A stretch of DNA of 64,000 nucleotides from Eledone cirrhosa (lineage: Eukaryota): the NCBI GenBank assembly GCA_964016885.1, contig OZ024742.1, forward strand, positions 240,746,001 to 240,810,000. Direction: 5' to 3'. Below, one piece after another: positions 30,060 through 43,439 of the stretch. Made by a program: the position numbers and the translations under genes. Under the pieces are notes generated by a model. It saw only the letters and a list, made by a program, of their open reading frames with translations, ran no database searches and was not told where the DNA came from. The first letter of the stretch is position 1. Each line of letters opens with the position of its first letter.

Positions 30060-30490
30060 CTTCTTCTTCTTCTTCTTCTTCTTCTTCTTCTTCTTCTTCT
30101 TCTTCTTCTTCTTCTTCTTCTTCTTCTTCTTCTTCTTCTTCTTCTTCTTCTTCTTCTTCTTCTTCTTCTTCTTCTTCTTCTGTTATGGTTTAATTTAATT
30201 AATATATGTTTTCAGACCTTTATAACTATTTCAATTTCTTCACCCCTTGTTTTCTTTTTACTTTTATTCAACCGTCTCCAATGGATCTGGCAAGAACAGG
30301 AGAGCTCATGGATATTATCCAAACCTCTTACTCGGGTGTTCACCCCTGAGTCTCTTGCCGGTTTTGTCCGCAAAATCTGTCCAGCGATTCTTTCCTGAGA
30401 ATGTGGTCAGAACCACATGCTCATAATATCAGAGCTGTGATATCTCAATTCGGAGAGGAAGGGGCGCAACTTGGAGTGACTCTCTAATCT
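30060..30490 (-). mobile_element. (CTT)n tract and nearby RTE-type 3' fragment
   Basis: Reverse complement resembles 25490-25652 (tcaggaaagaatcgctgg..ttggataa..tccatgagct). Confidence 0.55.
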
Positions 30491-31962
30491 CGACAATCTC
30501 CTTACATCTCTTCGTAAGACTCTTTGTTACTCTGAAGTCGGATTCCTGCTTAATCCCTAAGTCCTCCCATGTCTTAACTTTGGATGCCAACAGAGGAACA
30601 TATTTTAACATAGAAGAATATTGTATAATAAATGTTTTTGTTTAGTCAAGAGGAAGGGCAGTGCCCGTGAAACTTTTCTGGACCTCTGAGACTGCTGGTA
30701 GAGAGAAAGAAGACATAATCAATCTGAAGATCTGGCCCGAATATTTGCAACACAATGGACTCCGCTAAAGGTGATGGTGTTGTTAAGCCGGATGACCGAT
30801 TAAATCTACTCCGCAATTAGGCAACGATAGAATTTGGTACTAGAACTCAAAGAGCCAGGAAAATCACCACCCTAGCGATTCCACTAGATTAGTATATTTG
30901 TTTTCCGAGTCTAGAAATATTTAAGGTAAAATTGACCTGGGAACAAAATGGAATAAAGAGTTTCTTCTAAGAAGAAATATTAAAATTAGAAAAATGATAG
31001 TATTCACTTTTCAAATTTTACTACTGGTAATGTTTTCTAATTTTAATGTTTAAAATTGTTTTAATAGAGATACAATACAGAATTAGAAATAACTGTCAAG
31101 AGTTGTTTGTGTCGGAAACAATAGTAATAGTATATCCTGAATACTTTGTTGGGGGTCTGTTAAAACATCATTGCTGCTACGAGGAGTAGAACAGATTGCT
31201 ATTCCTCGCGAAGGCCTTTCGGTGAAAATATCAGCTTTCTTTCCTCGTAACAGCAACAGAAATTATACGTACACAACAAACTATACTGGATTTATTATAA
31301 TGGTAATCGGCCGACATGATCCCAGACCTTGTTTGCTTACCGAGTCGGGTGGAACACATGAAATCAAACCAAGAAAACTATAGAAAACGGTACTTGCTGC
31401 AGTAATAAACAGTGCACCTAGAAGGTATGAAAACACATTAAATAATTAAATTAAACCATAAAAGAAGAAGAAGAAGAAGAAGAAGAAGAAGAAGAAGAAG
31501 AAGAAGAAGAAGAAGAAGAAGAAGAAGAAGAAGAAGAAGAAGACGTGGTGTGTAGGTGCAGCCCGTATGTAATCTGGGATGATGCGAAGTATTCATTGTA
31601 GCATATTGTGACTTGTGTAGATATTGGTGTCTCAGGCGGTTGGATAAATATTGTCACTGTAGCAGACTTGTCAACTCTCCCCGCCCGACGGGGAGATCTC
31701 CCACCTACTTTGGGGTGGGTGAGAAATGGTATAGCTTTCATTATGTAAAATCTCCCCATTTTGCCTAATTTCTCTCCGTTTTGGGGCACCTTTTTTCATG
31801 GTACTCCCCGTTTGGGTTTTTAGAGGCTGTGGGCCCATTGAAAGTATTTGTACATCATATTATTATTATTACCATTTCTTCGATAAAATAAAGTACCAGT
31901 AATACACTGGGTAATTGCTGGCCTTGTGCCAAAAGTAGAAACAATTATTACCATTTCTTCTA

Positions 31963-32268
31963 TATGTGATATAAATGTTGTAAAACAGTGTTATTTGTAA
32001 TTCCTAGTATCTTGGCTACTCTGTGTGTGATATAAGTGTTGTAAAAAAGTGTTATTTGTAATTCCTAGTATCTTGGCTACTCTGTGTGTGATATAAATGT
32101 TGTAAAAAAGTGTTATTTGTAATTCCTAGTATCTTGGCTACTCTGTGTGTGATATAAATGTTGTAGAAAGTGTTATTTGTAATTCCTAGTATCTTGACTG
32201 CTCTGTGTGTGATATAAATGTTGTAGAAAGTGTTATTTGTAATTCCTAGTATCTTGACTGCTCTGTGT
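31963..32268. repeat. Minisatellite, ~60-bp unit x5
   Basis: tgtgatataaatgttgta..gtgttatttgtaattcctagtatcttg.ct.ctctgtg repeated head-to-tail. Confidence 0.92.
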
Positions 32269-32915
32269 GCGCCTGACATATTTGAGATTTCTTATTTAGA
32301 CACAAGGCCAGCAATTTATGGGGAGCGGTAATTTCGTTATTAGTATTTTATTGAATTCAGAAGATTGTTGGCGGGATTTGAACAACTCAGAATGTAAGGG
32401 GCCGTAACTAAATGCCGTAAAGCATTTTGTCCAATGCTCTAATGATTCTGCCAATTCGCTGCTCTCGTCTGACATATTAACGTCATGGTTTGTGGCAACA
32501 GAGGAAGTTAATTGACAAACTTTAATATGGATTACATTGAAATGAGAACAGTACGGTAGGTAATATTTTCAAACATTTTACAATAAATACTATTTAGTAT
32601 AGAGAAAACATGAGAATTCAGATTTTCATTTAAAATTCATGAATCATCATTGAAATTCTTAATTTTGCATTTTAAAATTTATCAATTTTTTAGTTCGACT
32701 TGTGAAATATTCTGATCCCTGTCCTCATGAGGATAATGATAATAATAATGATGATGATGATGATGTACAACACAATCACCATCAACATCCTCATTACTGT
32801 AGACTTCACTTCCCCACTACCACTTAAATGTTAGCAGAAGCAAAAAGAGCAATATTATTGGCAACTGCAATTTTAAATACATTGCTCCTATTTCTTTGGA
32901 AATGTCGACCCTGCA

Positions 32916-32999
<84 letters not shown>

Positions 33000-33000
33000 G

Positions 33001-33120
<120 letters not shown>

Positions 33121-33514
33121 CTTAGAGAGAGAGAGAGAGAGATAAACATTAGTTCCCAACAGAAACGAAATCTATATCTTATATTTGATTTTTATGATAA
33201 CCTATTTATAAAAATATATGCCAAGTGATGAGACCACTCCTAATTAACTGAAAGGTCAGATGGAGTCCAAATGACCATGGCTGGTATCCAAGTTTGTCAT
33301 AAAGTCTGGCGACCCCTAAAGAAAAGTTAATGTAGTAGGCAATATAGGCTAGAAAAATGTCGAACTACTTCAACCTGCAATTACTGGTGGTTATGTTAAG
33401 AAATGAACTAGGATATATATTTGACAGATGATTGACTTTTGAGTAGCGTTAGCACACATAATTCGCCGTTTTCGTCCAGGTGATTGAGCGATGGGTAATA
33501 GATCAGAGTCGACG

Positions 33515-33860
33515 GGGCATGAAGGGATGGTTAAAAAGTTCGCTTCGCAATCATTATATCCCTGGTTCGATCTCACTGAGTGACATCTTGGGTGTCATTT
33601 ACTGTAGCCTCGCGTCAACCCAAGCTGTGAGTGGGAAATTGGAAAGACATAAACTGTTTTCAAGAATGTCGGATGGATTGTATCTGTAATTCAAAGGGCC
33701 AGTATAATTACACACTTTGTCAGGTTGTATCTCCCTAAGAATTACCTTAAGAATACACGTGTCTGTAGAATGCGCAGCTACTTGTACATTAATATCACTA
33801 GCAGGTTCTGTTTATAGAACAACAGGAACATTAATGTTGAAAACGGCCAGAAGTTCATTC
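33515..33860 (+). mobile_element. SINE S2, diverged
   Basis: ggttcgatctcactg B-box-like motif; ctgtaattcaaagggccag and acacgtgtctgtagaatgcgcagc match 24277-24600. Confidence 0.65.
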
Positions 33861-34155
33861 TATTTTAATAGATTAGAATAGAAGTAAGAGGTTGTTGACA
33901 TTGCTTAATTTTGCTTTACAAACTTGATTGCAATGTGTGGAACTGAAGACTCACGAGTTGTGACATAGACGCACGCATGACTGTGCAGTTAAAGAATTCG
34001 CTCTGCAACTACGTAGTTCTGGTTCAGTCCCACAGCTTGGCACTTCGGTAAAGTGTCTACTACTATAGCCTCTAGGTAACTAATGCTATCTGAGTGAAAT
34101 ATGGTGGACAAAATCTGTGTAGAAGCCAGTCATATATATATATATATATATATAT

Positions 34156-35850
34156 ATGGGATAAATAGTCTCACCAACCTGCAGTTGGCTAGGCGTGGTG
34201 AGTACGGCTACACCCCTGACATGAGCAAAACCAAAGAGAAAGCGGTAGAGATCAACAAGGAACGGGTTCATCCAACAGAAGCGAGAAGGCTCTATATCGT
34301 TCGTTGTCGTCCTCTCTTTGTTAACTTTCCTAAATTAATCATTACTACTCTGTGACGAGCGTTTCTTAACATGATATCTTAATTTCTACCCTTTGCCTTT
34401 TTGCCGTCCTTTTCCTTTTTCTTCCCTTTTTCCTTTTTGTTTCCTCCATGAGACATCCGTGCTATAAAAATCTGACGTCACATACAATTCTACTATAGTT
34501 TAATTGCTATAAGTTATTGTTTTGTCTCGTCTCTTACTCCACTGGACAGCGCTTTGGCTTGTATCAGACGCTGTGGTCCCGGATGGACCAGTAGTACCGT
34601 TGAGTGAAAAAAGGAGAAAAAGAAAGAAAAAAGGAAGGAAAAAAAGGCAAGAAGAAGAAAGTAAAATATCGTGTTAAAAAAATGTAAGCTATTGAGTGGG
34701 TGGGTGAGAAGAGAGAGCACGTTCGTCACAGATTAGTAAGGACAAACTTAAGACAGTTAACAAAAAGAAGACAAGAGAACGAACGAAAACAAGGGAAAAC
34801 GAAAAACGATTTTTTAAGGGGAATCTTAACAATTATTTTTTGAAAATAAAAATACGCACGAAATACATAGAAATCCAGGGTCATCGGCCATTGAGATGGA
34901 CTTTGGCAGTTTCGACGCCTACCAACAGTATTGCTGGTTTACCCGGGGTCACGGCGTCTGACACAAGCCAAAGCGCTGTCCAGAAAGACAGAACAGTAAC
35001 TTATAACAATTAAGGTATGACAAGTAAACACAGAATTTTACATGGCGACAAGGAAATGGTATTGTGCCTTTATAGCACGAAACTCTCATGAGTGAAACAA
35101 AGGAGGAAAAAAGGAACGAAATTCTAGGGCGGGTAAAATTCCCGAGATCCATAGACGAGTTCTCTCTAGCGGTCTCTGTCCATCATTATCTCTGCCATGT
35201 CCTGCGTCTCCAACAGACCAGTGTCTGTCCTTAGGGTATCAACATGCGTTAACCTTGGTCTTCCTCTTCCAGTGTGTCCATGTAGGGGCTCCCACAGGAG
35301 CACTGAGTGAAATGTCAACTCTGGATGTCGGTGAGCATGTCCAGCTAACCTCAGTCTCCTCTGTGTCACTTTTGAGCTGACTTTTGAGAGGCTCCCGTAC
35401 AGCTCTGAGTTTTTCATCCTCAGTGTATACTGATTAATGTTCAGAGCCATCCTCAGCATTCTCGTGTTGCACCCATCCACCATCTAAGTGAGTTTCTTGG
35501 TCAGTATCCAAGTCTCAGACCCGTACAGCAGCACAGACTTCACTACAGCAGTGAAGAGGCGGATTTTCAGGTCTTTATGAAGGTCCGACTTCCACAACGA
35601 TCTCAAGCTGTGGCACGCCGCCCAGGCTTTGCTCTTCCTCTCAACCACATCATCTTCCGTATTCCCAATCTTTGCTCCTAAATACAGGAAGTCCTCAACC
35701 AATTCTAGCGGAAGGAAAAAGAAGGAAAAAGAAGGAAAAAGAAGGAAAAAGAAGCAAGAAGAAGAAAGTAAGATATCGTGTTAAAACATGAGTCATTGAA
35801 ATTAATATGGGAGAAGAGAGAACACGTTCGTCACAGATCAGTAATGATAA
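34156..35850. repeat. Composite of nested inverted and direct repeat fragments interrupted by a LINE fragment
   Basis: 34297-34440 inverted vs 34605-34787; 34540-34602 inverted vs 34922-34984; 35710-35845 direct vs 34620-34740. Confidence 0.55.
35166..35702 (-). pseudogene. RTE/RTEX LINE RT C-terminal fragment
   Basis: VEDFLYLG, KIRLFTAVVKSVLLYGSETW, RMLRMALNI, RLRLAGHAHRH, GRGRP with an in-frame stop. Confidence 0.85.
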
Positions 35851-36802
35851 ATATGTATGTATATATATATATTTCGTTTCTGAATTTGTTTAGCAAGATT
35901 CTTTATCTGAAATCGTGTATTGAAACCGATATTGTTATACTTTGGGAGGGTCATGTTGCCAATAAGAAACACACGCACCAGATGCTTTCACTTCAATTTA
36001 TTATATATTTATAAATTTATAAATTTACAAATTTACAAACCTATAAATTTCTGGTTGGTTGGTTGGTTCCACAACCAGATAGTTGTTTATATATAGTCAT
36101 AGTCCTTTCGTCACACACTCTGTGTGTGACCTCTTCAGTGACTGGGGATTCCTTTCTTTGTTTCTGTGCCTTTCCTTTCTTCTATCTTACGCCATTTTGT
36201 TTCTGTGCGTGTGTTGTGTGCTCAGTTTGCGCATGCGCCACATCCGGGTGTATGTGTGTGTTTGTGTTCATTTATCTATTTGTAAGTTGTTTGTTGATTT
36301 ATTTATTTATTTATTGTTGGTTGGTTGTTTGTTCTATGTGTGTGTGTGTTTTCATTTTGTCCTGTGTGTGTTTTCATTTTGTCCTTAATTGTAAGTTGTG
36401 ATGTTGCTGTTCCACTCATATTTTCTATTTAATTTTGGTTGTAATTCTTTTATGCTTACTGCCTCTGTAATTTGCCTAAACATTGCATCTTTTCTGTGTG
36501 TGGATTCTATTTTTATTTCTATGTTCTCTAGTCTACCCCTGTGTTCTATCTTAGCATGTTGGTAGAGCACAGATGATTCTTTATTATCTTGGAGGTCTCG
36601 CCAGTGTTCATTTATTCGTTCCCCTATACTACGAGCTGTCTCACCTATGTACATTATATTTTTGTTTCTACATTGTCCTTCAGTACATCTTATGCTATAC
36701 ACTACATTTCTAGTTTTACAGTTAATATGGGGGCTTATTTTACAGGTTATACATTTCTTATCTATACATGAGGGTCTTTGGAACGGTATGTCTTGCTAAT
36801 AA

Positions 36803-38715
36803 GTGTTTTTACGGAACAATGACGTGCCGGCGTTGTATGGGCTTCGAAAAGACCATAAAACGGGCTGGGACCCTGTCGCGGGACCACCAACACGGCCAGT
36901 CTGTGGGGCTAACATTGCTAGTAACTACAGACTGTCCTACTTCCTCTCCCTGATCATACGCCCCATCATTGAGATGTCCCCGGATGTATGTGACAGCACG
37001 GAGGACCCCCTCAGCAGAATCGGCGCGGGTAACCGATCTGGGGACCTAACAAACTGCATAATAGGCAGTATGGATGTTGTGTCCCTGTATCCATCTATTG
37101 ACGTGGATTTTGCTGTGGAGAAATGCGTAGAAATGATCAGCGAGAGCAAGGTTGAGTTCCGTGGGATTGATACCAGTGAGCTGGGACGTCTACTTAAGCT
37201 TACCCATAGTAATAGTTACCTAGACACTTATGACCTTAGCAACCTGTGCCCTCAAGACCAGCAAGAGGCAGACCACCTACCATTACCTCAATGGCCAAGA
37301 AAACCCACACAGATAGATGGAACGGGTGGACCAGAGCCATACGGACACCCGAAAACCACGATGAACTGAAGAAAATGATTGCACATGCGGTAGGGGCCAG
37401 CATAAAACTAACCCTTAAGGAACATATGTTCAAATTTAATGGTAAAACATATGCCCAAGAGGAAGGAGCAGCCATTGGTGTTAGCATTGCAGGCGACATA
37501 GCTAACTTATTCATGGTATGGTGGGACAGTAGACTTAAACAAAAACTTAAAGAACAATTAGAAGACAGCTTAACCCTGATAATGTACTCCCGCTACGTAG
37601 ATGATATAAACATCGTAGTTAAGACACCCCCACTAAAGAACAGTCAGGAACTAGAGAAAAACACAATGGAAAGCATCCAGCAAATAGCAAACTCCATCCA
37701 CCAGAGCATCAGAGTTACTATAGACTACCCAAGTAGACACCCCAACCATCGATTACCTGTACTAGACACAGAGCTCTGGTTAGATACCATTAACAACCAA
37801 AAACAAATCCTCCATTCCCATTATGCCAAACCCATGACTTCCAAACATCTGATCCACCGAAACTCGGCCATTTCGGACCATACCAAAATCAACATACTGA
37901 TTGCGGATTTGGTACGGGTGATGAGAAATGTGTCCCACATGTGCAACCCCGAAGAACTAGAGAGACACATACAACACTTCATCCACCGTATGCAGTTCTC
38001 TGGCTACAATCAGAGAGATAGAATCAGAGTATATAAAGGAGCCAGAACCAAATGGGAAAAAATGGTAAATAATGACATAAATGGGACCAATGGGAGCAAA
38101 TTTTGGAATAGAATAGAAAGAACTAGGAACAAGGCCAATAGAATAAACTCATGGTATGATAGCAATAAATACCAGAGTGTAATGTTCATCAATACAACCC
38201 CTAGAGGCGAACTAGCCTACAAATTTAGAAGAGCCCTAAATAAACATAAACTCAATATTAAGATAGTAGAAAGACCAGGTACCTCCGTAAAAACACTTAT
38301 TAGCAAGACATACCCGTTCCAAAGACCCTCATGTATAGATAAGAAATGTATAACCTATAAAATAAGCCCCCATATTAATTGTAAAACTAGAAATGTAGTG
38401 TATAGCATAAGATGTACTAAAGGACAATGTAGAAACAAAAATATAATGTACATAGGTGAGACAGCTCGTAGTATAGGAGAACGAATAAATGAACACTGGC
38501 GAGACCTCCAAGATAATAAAGAATCATCTGTGCTCTACCAACATGCTAAGATAGAACACAGGGGTAGACTAGAGAACATAGAAATAAAAATAGAATCCAC
38601 ACACAGAAAAGATGCAATGTTTAGGCAAATTACAGAGGCAGTAAGCATAAAAGAATTACAACCAAAATTAAATAGAAAATATGAGTGGAACAGCAACATC
38701 ACAACTTACAATTAA
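36803..38715 (+). pseudogene. PLE reverse transcriptase + C-terminal GIY-YIG endonuclease, 5'-truncated, one frameshift near 37250
   Basis: LYGLRKDHK..RPV, SMDVVSLYPSI, GAAIGVSIAGDIANLFM, RYVDDI, LPVLD, Cys-rich linker, VVYSIRC..YIGETARSIGERINEH..EAVSI..PKLN. Confidence 0.92.
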
Positions 38716-38956
38716 GGACAAAATGAAAACACACACAGGACAAAATGAAAACACACACACACATAGAACAAACAACCAACCAACAATAAATAAATAAATA
38801 TATCAACAAACAACTAACAAATAGATAAATGAACACAAACACACACATACACCCGGATGTGGCGCATGCGCAAACTGAGCACACAACACACACACAGAAA
38901 CAAAATGGCGTAGGATAGAAGAAAGGAAAGGCACAGAAACAAAGAAAGGAATCCCC

Positions 38957-39001
38957 AGTCACTGAAGAGGTCACAGAGTGTGTGACGAAAGGACTATGAC
39001 T
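38957..39001 (+). ncRNA. Type I minimal hammerhead ribozyme in the PLE 3' end
   Basis: agtca CTGAAGA g gtcaca-gagtg-tgtgac GAAA ggac TA tgact. Confidence 0.8.
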
Positions 39002-39158
39002 ATATATAAACAACTATCTGGTTGTGGAACCAACCAACCAACCAGAAATTTATAGGTTTGTAAATTTGTAAATTTATAAATTTATAAATATATAATAAAT
39101 TGAAGTGAAAGCATTGGTGCGTGTGTTTCTTATTGGCAACATGACCCTCCCAAAGTAT

Positions 39159-39218
<60 letters not shown>

Positions 39219-39222
<4 letters not shown>

Positions 39223-39252
39223 TCCATCTGGTTCCGTACCACATTTCCTTCG

Positions 39253-39294
<42 letters not shown>

Positions 39295-39480
39295 CGAAGG
39301 AAATGTGGTACGGAACCAGATGGACCATAACGCACCAAAGTACTCAATACTTAGGGTAATAGTGGGTAATAGGAACGAATAGGACCCCGACGGCTGAGCT
39401 CAAGCCGTTTCGACGGCTAATTCTAGTCCAGAATTACCCGTCGAAACGGCTTGAGCTCAGCCGTCGGGGTCCTACTCGTT

Positions 39481-39484
<4 letters not shown>
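39219..39484. mobile_element. Family A: tail-only fragment (39219-39255) and fold-back copy (39291-39484)
   Basis: Palindrome centred near 39426 with tail on the left; separated and flanked by (TA)n. Confidence 0.85.
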
Positions 39485-39558
<74 letters not shown>

Positions 39559-39601
39559 TAACAGATTAAAGTTTGAACAAAGAATCGCTGCTTATTATTA
39601 T

Positions 39602-39644
<43 letters not shown>

Positions 39645-39730
39645 AAAAAGGTAAACAGATATAACAACACAATCGGTACAGTAGATGGAAGGGATATATT
39701 AGGTTAACGCTTGATATAGCAAGAAGAGGG

Positions 39731-39766
39731 TCTTAACGTTTCGGACGCTAGTCCTTCATCAGAAGA
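39731..39766 (-). ncRNA. Type I minimal hammerhead within a PLE-type end fragment (~39640-39810)
   Basis: tctt CTGATGA a ggac-tagc-gtcc GAAA cg TT aaga; palindromic aacgtt in place of stem III. Confidence 0.82.
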
Positions 39767-39805
39767 AAGAGTGAGAAATAAGATAGATTGAGGGAGCGGG
39801 CGGGT

Positions 39806-39915
<110 letters not shown>

Positions 39916-40027
39916 TGTATATATATATGTGTGTATACATACGTATATATGTGTATATATACCTATATATACATACATACCTATCTATTTATACATCTCT
40001 CTCTCTATCTTTCTCTTTCTATATATA

Positions 40028-40089
<62 letters not shown>

Positions 40090-40545
40090 GTGTGTGTGTG
40101 TGTGCGTGAGTGCGCATGTGTATGTGTACGTGTATGTATATGTTTGCGTGTGTGTGTTTGTATGTTTACGTTTACAGCTTGTTTATGTCCTATGTTATAG
40201 CAGTTCGACAAAAAGAGATCGTTAAAACAATTGCCAGACTTGAAAAAATAAGTGCTACTCTCGATACGATTGTCTAAATCCCTTCAGATGGTGTTCCTTC
40301 ATCGCTGTTGTTCAATGACTGAAACAAGTAAAAGAATTAAAGTATATCCCACTGGCTCCCTCACCATCCTCTTTCTCTATTCTGTCCTCCGGGGCCGCGG
40401 GGTGACCAGCGCGTGCGCCCCCCTTTGCTGATAATAGTGAGAGATGGGGAGTGCGAGAGAGACGGAGGCAGTGACAGTGGGAGTTTGGTTCCATTATGTT
40501 CCGACCTTGTGTATATGTATATATTTATTTATCACAACACATTAA

Positions 40546-40801
40546 CCTGTTGACTGCCGTGTATATTTTACACAGCTACAGTTGCTGTGCCGGTTTTCTT
40601 TTCGGTAAAATGACTATTTTTTAAAACAAACATTTATTAACAACACATATCTCAGTGATTGTCACATCAATAAACTAGTAACCCCATCTAGCTTTGAAGT
40701 TATGAACTGCTGGAAACGAGTTCATAACTTTGAAGTTATGAACTGTTGGAAAAGAGCTCAAACATGTTAGGACGAGTTATCTCGTCTACGGCACTGAGAG
40801 G
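40546..40801. mobile_element. piggyBac-type MITE
   Basis: TTAA-cctgttgactgccgt ... acggcactgagagg-TTAA; CC/GG termini; subterminal palindrome gacgagttatctcgtc. Confidence 0.75.
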
Positions 40802-41126
40802 TTAAAGAAAATAGTTCAATTTCTTATTATACCCGTGTCACCTTTAATGTTTCAGTGTAGCTAGCTCAATATGTTAAGTTACTTGCGATAGATATACCTA
40901 GTATCAAACGAATGAGTCATCGATTATTTGTTTAATGGGATTGAATTTGAATTTAAGATTTCAAGCTTTGGCTCTTTAAACCTAAAAGTTTGTAGGGCCA
41001 GAGTTTATAGCATTTAATTTATAAACCGAATTAATAAACCGAACGCTATATAACGTAAGCATATTTTTCTACAAACTTCTTTTGCACATGTTAATATTTT
41101 CAGGATTTAGAAAAATACATACATAG

Positions 41127-41238
<112 letters not shown>

Positions 41239-41402
41239 ATGAATATATTGGAAAATATGTGAAATCCTTAGTACAGTTAGATATATTTAAAAAGAGGAAA
41301 AGAATGACTTCACTTGTGACTAAAAAATTTAATTTAATTTTATATTATAATTTTACAAATTGTAAAATTATATATACATACATATATATATATATATATA
41401 TA

Positions 41403-41783
41403 TGATGGCTGCCACCTCGTTATCGAGCATGGCCATTGCATGATATGCCATTATTAATGATTATTAATTAATTCTATCGTGCAATGCCTGTGCATGAAGA
41501 TATTTGTTAAAGTGAGGAAAGACTATGCACTGAGCCAATCCCACTCTCTGAGCGACTGTAGCTGTAACCCGAAAAGAAGAAAAGATCAACATCATCGGTA
41601 ACTACTGAGCCGCAGGTTTTATATCGAAGTTATCCCAGTTTCCTGAGTTGCCTTCTCCTAGAAGAATGCTCTGACAAAGGCTAGGGATCCTTCACTCCCA
41701 GTGGGTTAATCGCGCGGTACATGTGTATATACATATTTACACACTTTTGGATGGCCGTTATCTCTTATGAGTTCTTCCGCCCT
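41403..41783 (-). mobile_element. SINE-like repeat, 5'-truncated copy of 14973-15507
   Basis: Reverse-complement similarity over ~380 bp. Confidence 0.7.
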
Positions 41784-41806
41784 ATATACACAGATAATAT
41801 ATATAA

Positions 41807-41881
<75 letters not shown>

Positions 41882-41884
<3 letters not shown>

Positions 41885-42290
41885 GATAAGTTATCGTTTT
41901 AGGTAATCCAGTTAGAGGTTGTGAGTGCTCTGTACTATGGATAGTTTTAACGTACGTCGTTGTTTGACTCAACAAGAGGTTTCCTTAGTTAGGTAGCGAG
42001 TTTGCGAGAATTCTCATGCAGGTTATTCTTGGAGTAATAATAGTGAAAGAGTGAAGAATAAGATGGTCGGCTGTACAAAAAGGTAGTATTAACAATAGTA
42101 TTAACAAAAAGGTAGTATTAACAATAGTATTAACAATTGTTTCATTGATCAGGTGAGTCTAAAGGCCGCTGATCACTCGAAGTTGCGTCACTCGACCTTA
42201 AATACAGTGTCCGTCTCTGATCAAATCATCGGAATAGTGGAGGGTGTAACACATGGCACTGGTTTTTATAGACACATCGGAGAATCAAGT
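41882..42290 (-). mobile_element. PLE-type end fragment with variant hammerhead (42128-42236)
   Basis: Minus strand tatt CCGATGA t-ttgatcag..ctgatcaa-t GAAA caattg TT aata; abuts (TA)n. Confidence 0.6.
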
Positions 42291-42309
42291 GAATGAAAAC
42301 AACAATACC

Positions 42310-42470
42310 AATAATTGTTTCTACTTTAGGCACAAGGCCAGCAATGCCCCAGTGCATTACTGGTACTTTATTTTATCGACCCCGTAAGGATGAAAGGCAA
42401 AGTTAACTTCGGCGGGATTTGAACTTAGTCCGTAAAGGGACGTAACTATGCTGCAAAGCATGGCGTCCAC
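42310..42470 (-). mobile_element. SINE S1
   Basis: S1 core and B-box on the minus strand. Confidence 0.8.
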
Positions 42471-42628
42471 TACCAATAATAAAAAATAATAAACAGTAAT
42501 AAAAGTATAAAGAAGTAAAAATGAAAATTATAAAGATTTTTTACTTCTTTACTTCTTTACTTCTTTATACTTTTATTACTGTTTATTATCTGTTTATTTA
42601 TATATATATATATACATATGTATGTATG

Positions 42629-42687
<59 letters not shown>

Positions 42688-42692
<5 letters not shown>

Positions 42693-42861
42693 CCAGTAAG
42701 ACCCCGACAGCTGAGCTCAAGCCGTTTCGACGGCTCGTCGAAACGGCTTGAGCTCAGCTGTCGGGGTCTTACTGGTTCCTATTACCCACTCTACTACCTC
42801 AAGTATTGAGTACTTTGGTGCGTTATGGTCCACCTGGTTCCTTACCACATTTCCTTCGTTA
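42688..42861. mobile_element. Family A fold-back copy
   Basis: Palindrome centred near 42735, tail on the right, (TA)n flanks. Confidence 0.85.
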
Positions 42862-43029
42862 TATATATATATATATATATTAATCAAACCAATATTCAAC
42901 TCCGTTCCTGCACCAACCACAGGATTCAACATCAACGATAGATGAATTGCGTAACGTAGAATGTTTTCCCTACTATTACACGATGGTTAATTAAATGGAA
43001 TGACCTGTTCTATTCAGTGGTGAACCACT

Positions 43030-43151
<122 letters not shown>

Positions 43152-43265
43152 GAAATTTGGTTGATCAAATAATCCACCGACTTAGTTCGTAAACAGACGT
43201 AAATCACTCTACGACTTGTATTCTCTAAAGTATTATCACTAAGGTATCAACCGGAGTGTCTATAT

Positions 43266-43307
<42 letters not shown>

Positions 43308-43439
43308 TAAAATAAAGAGGACGTCAAGTATTTGGTCGTAATAATCACCCCCCCCCCCACACACACACACAAAAAAAAATTGTTGGCCTTGTGCCTAAAT
43401 CAGACGCCATTATGTACTTTCAGAGTTATTAGAGAGTCG

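Larger units (their letters stand above)
35872..39165 (+). mobile_element. Penelope-like retroelement insertion with inverted 3' duplication (Neptune-like)
   Basis: 35929-36815 is the reverse complement of 38284-39165; only the left arm carries the 57-bp tail 35872-35928; (TA)n flanks; hammerheads at 36095-36143 (minus) and 38957-39001 (plus). Confidence 0.92.

Noticed and set aside
31963-32268. Regular ~60-bp repeats resembling a CRISPR array
   Set aside because: Units are head-to-tail with no unique spacers, there are no cas genes and the context is eukaryotic; this is a minisatellite
36385-36702. Stand-alone GIY-YIG gene on the minus strand
   Set aside because: It is the inverted duplicate of the PLE 3' end (38398-38715), not a separate gene
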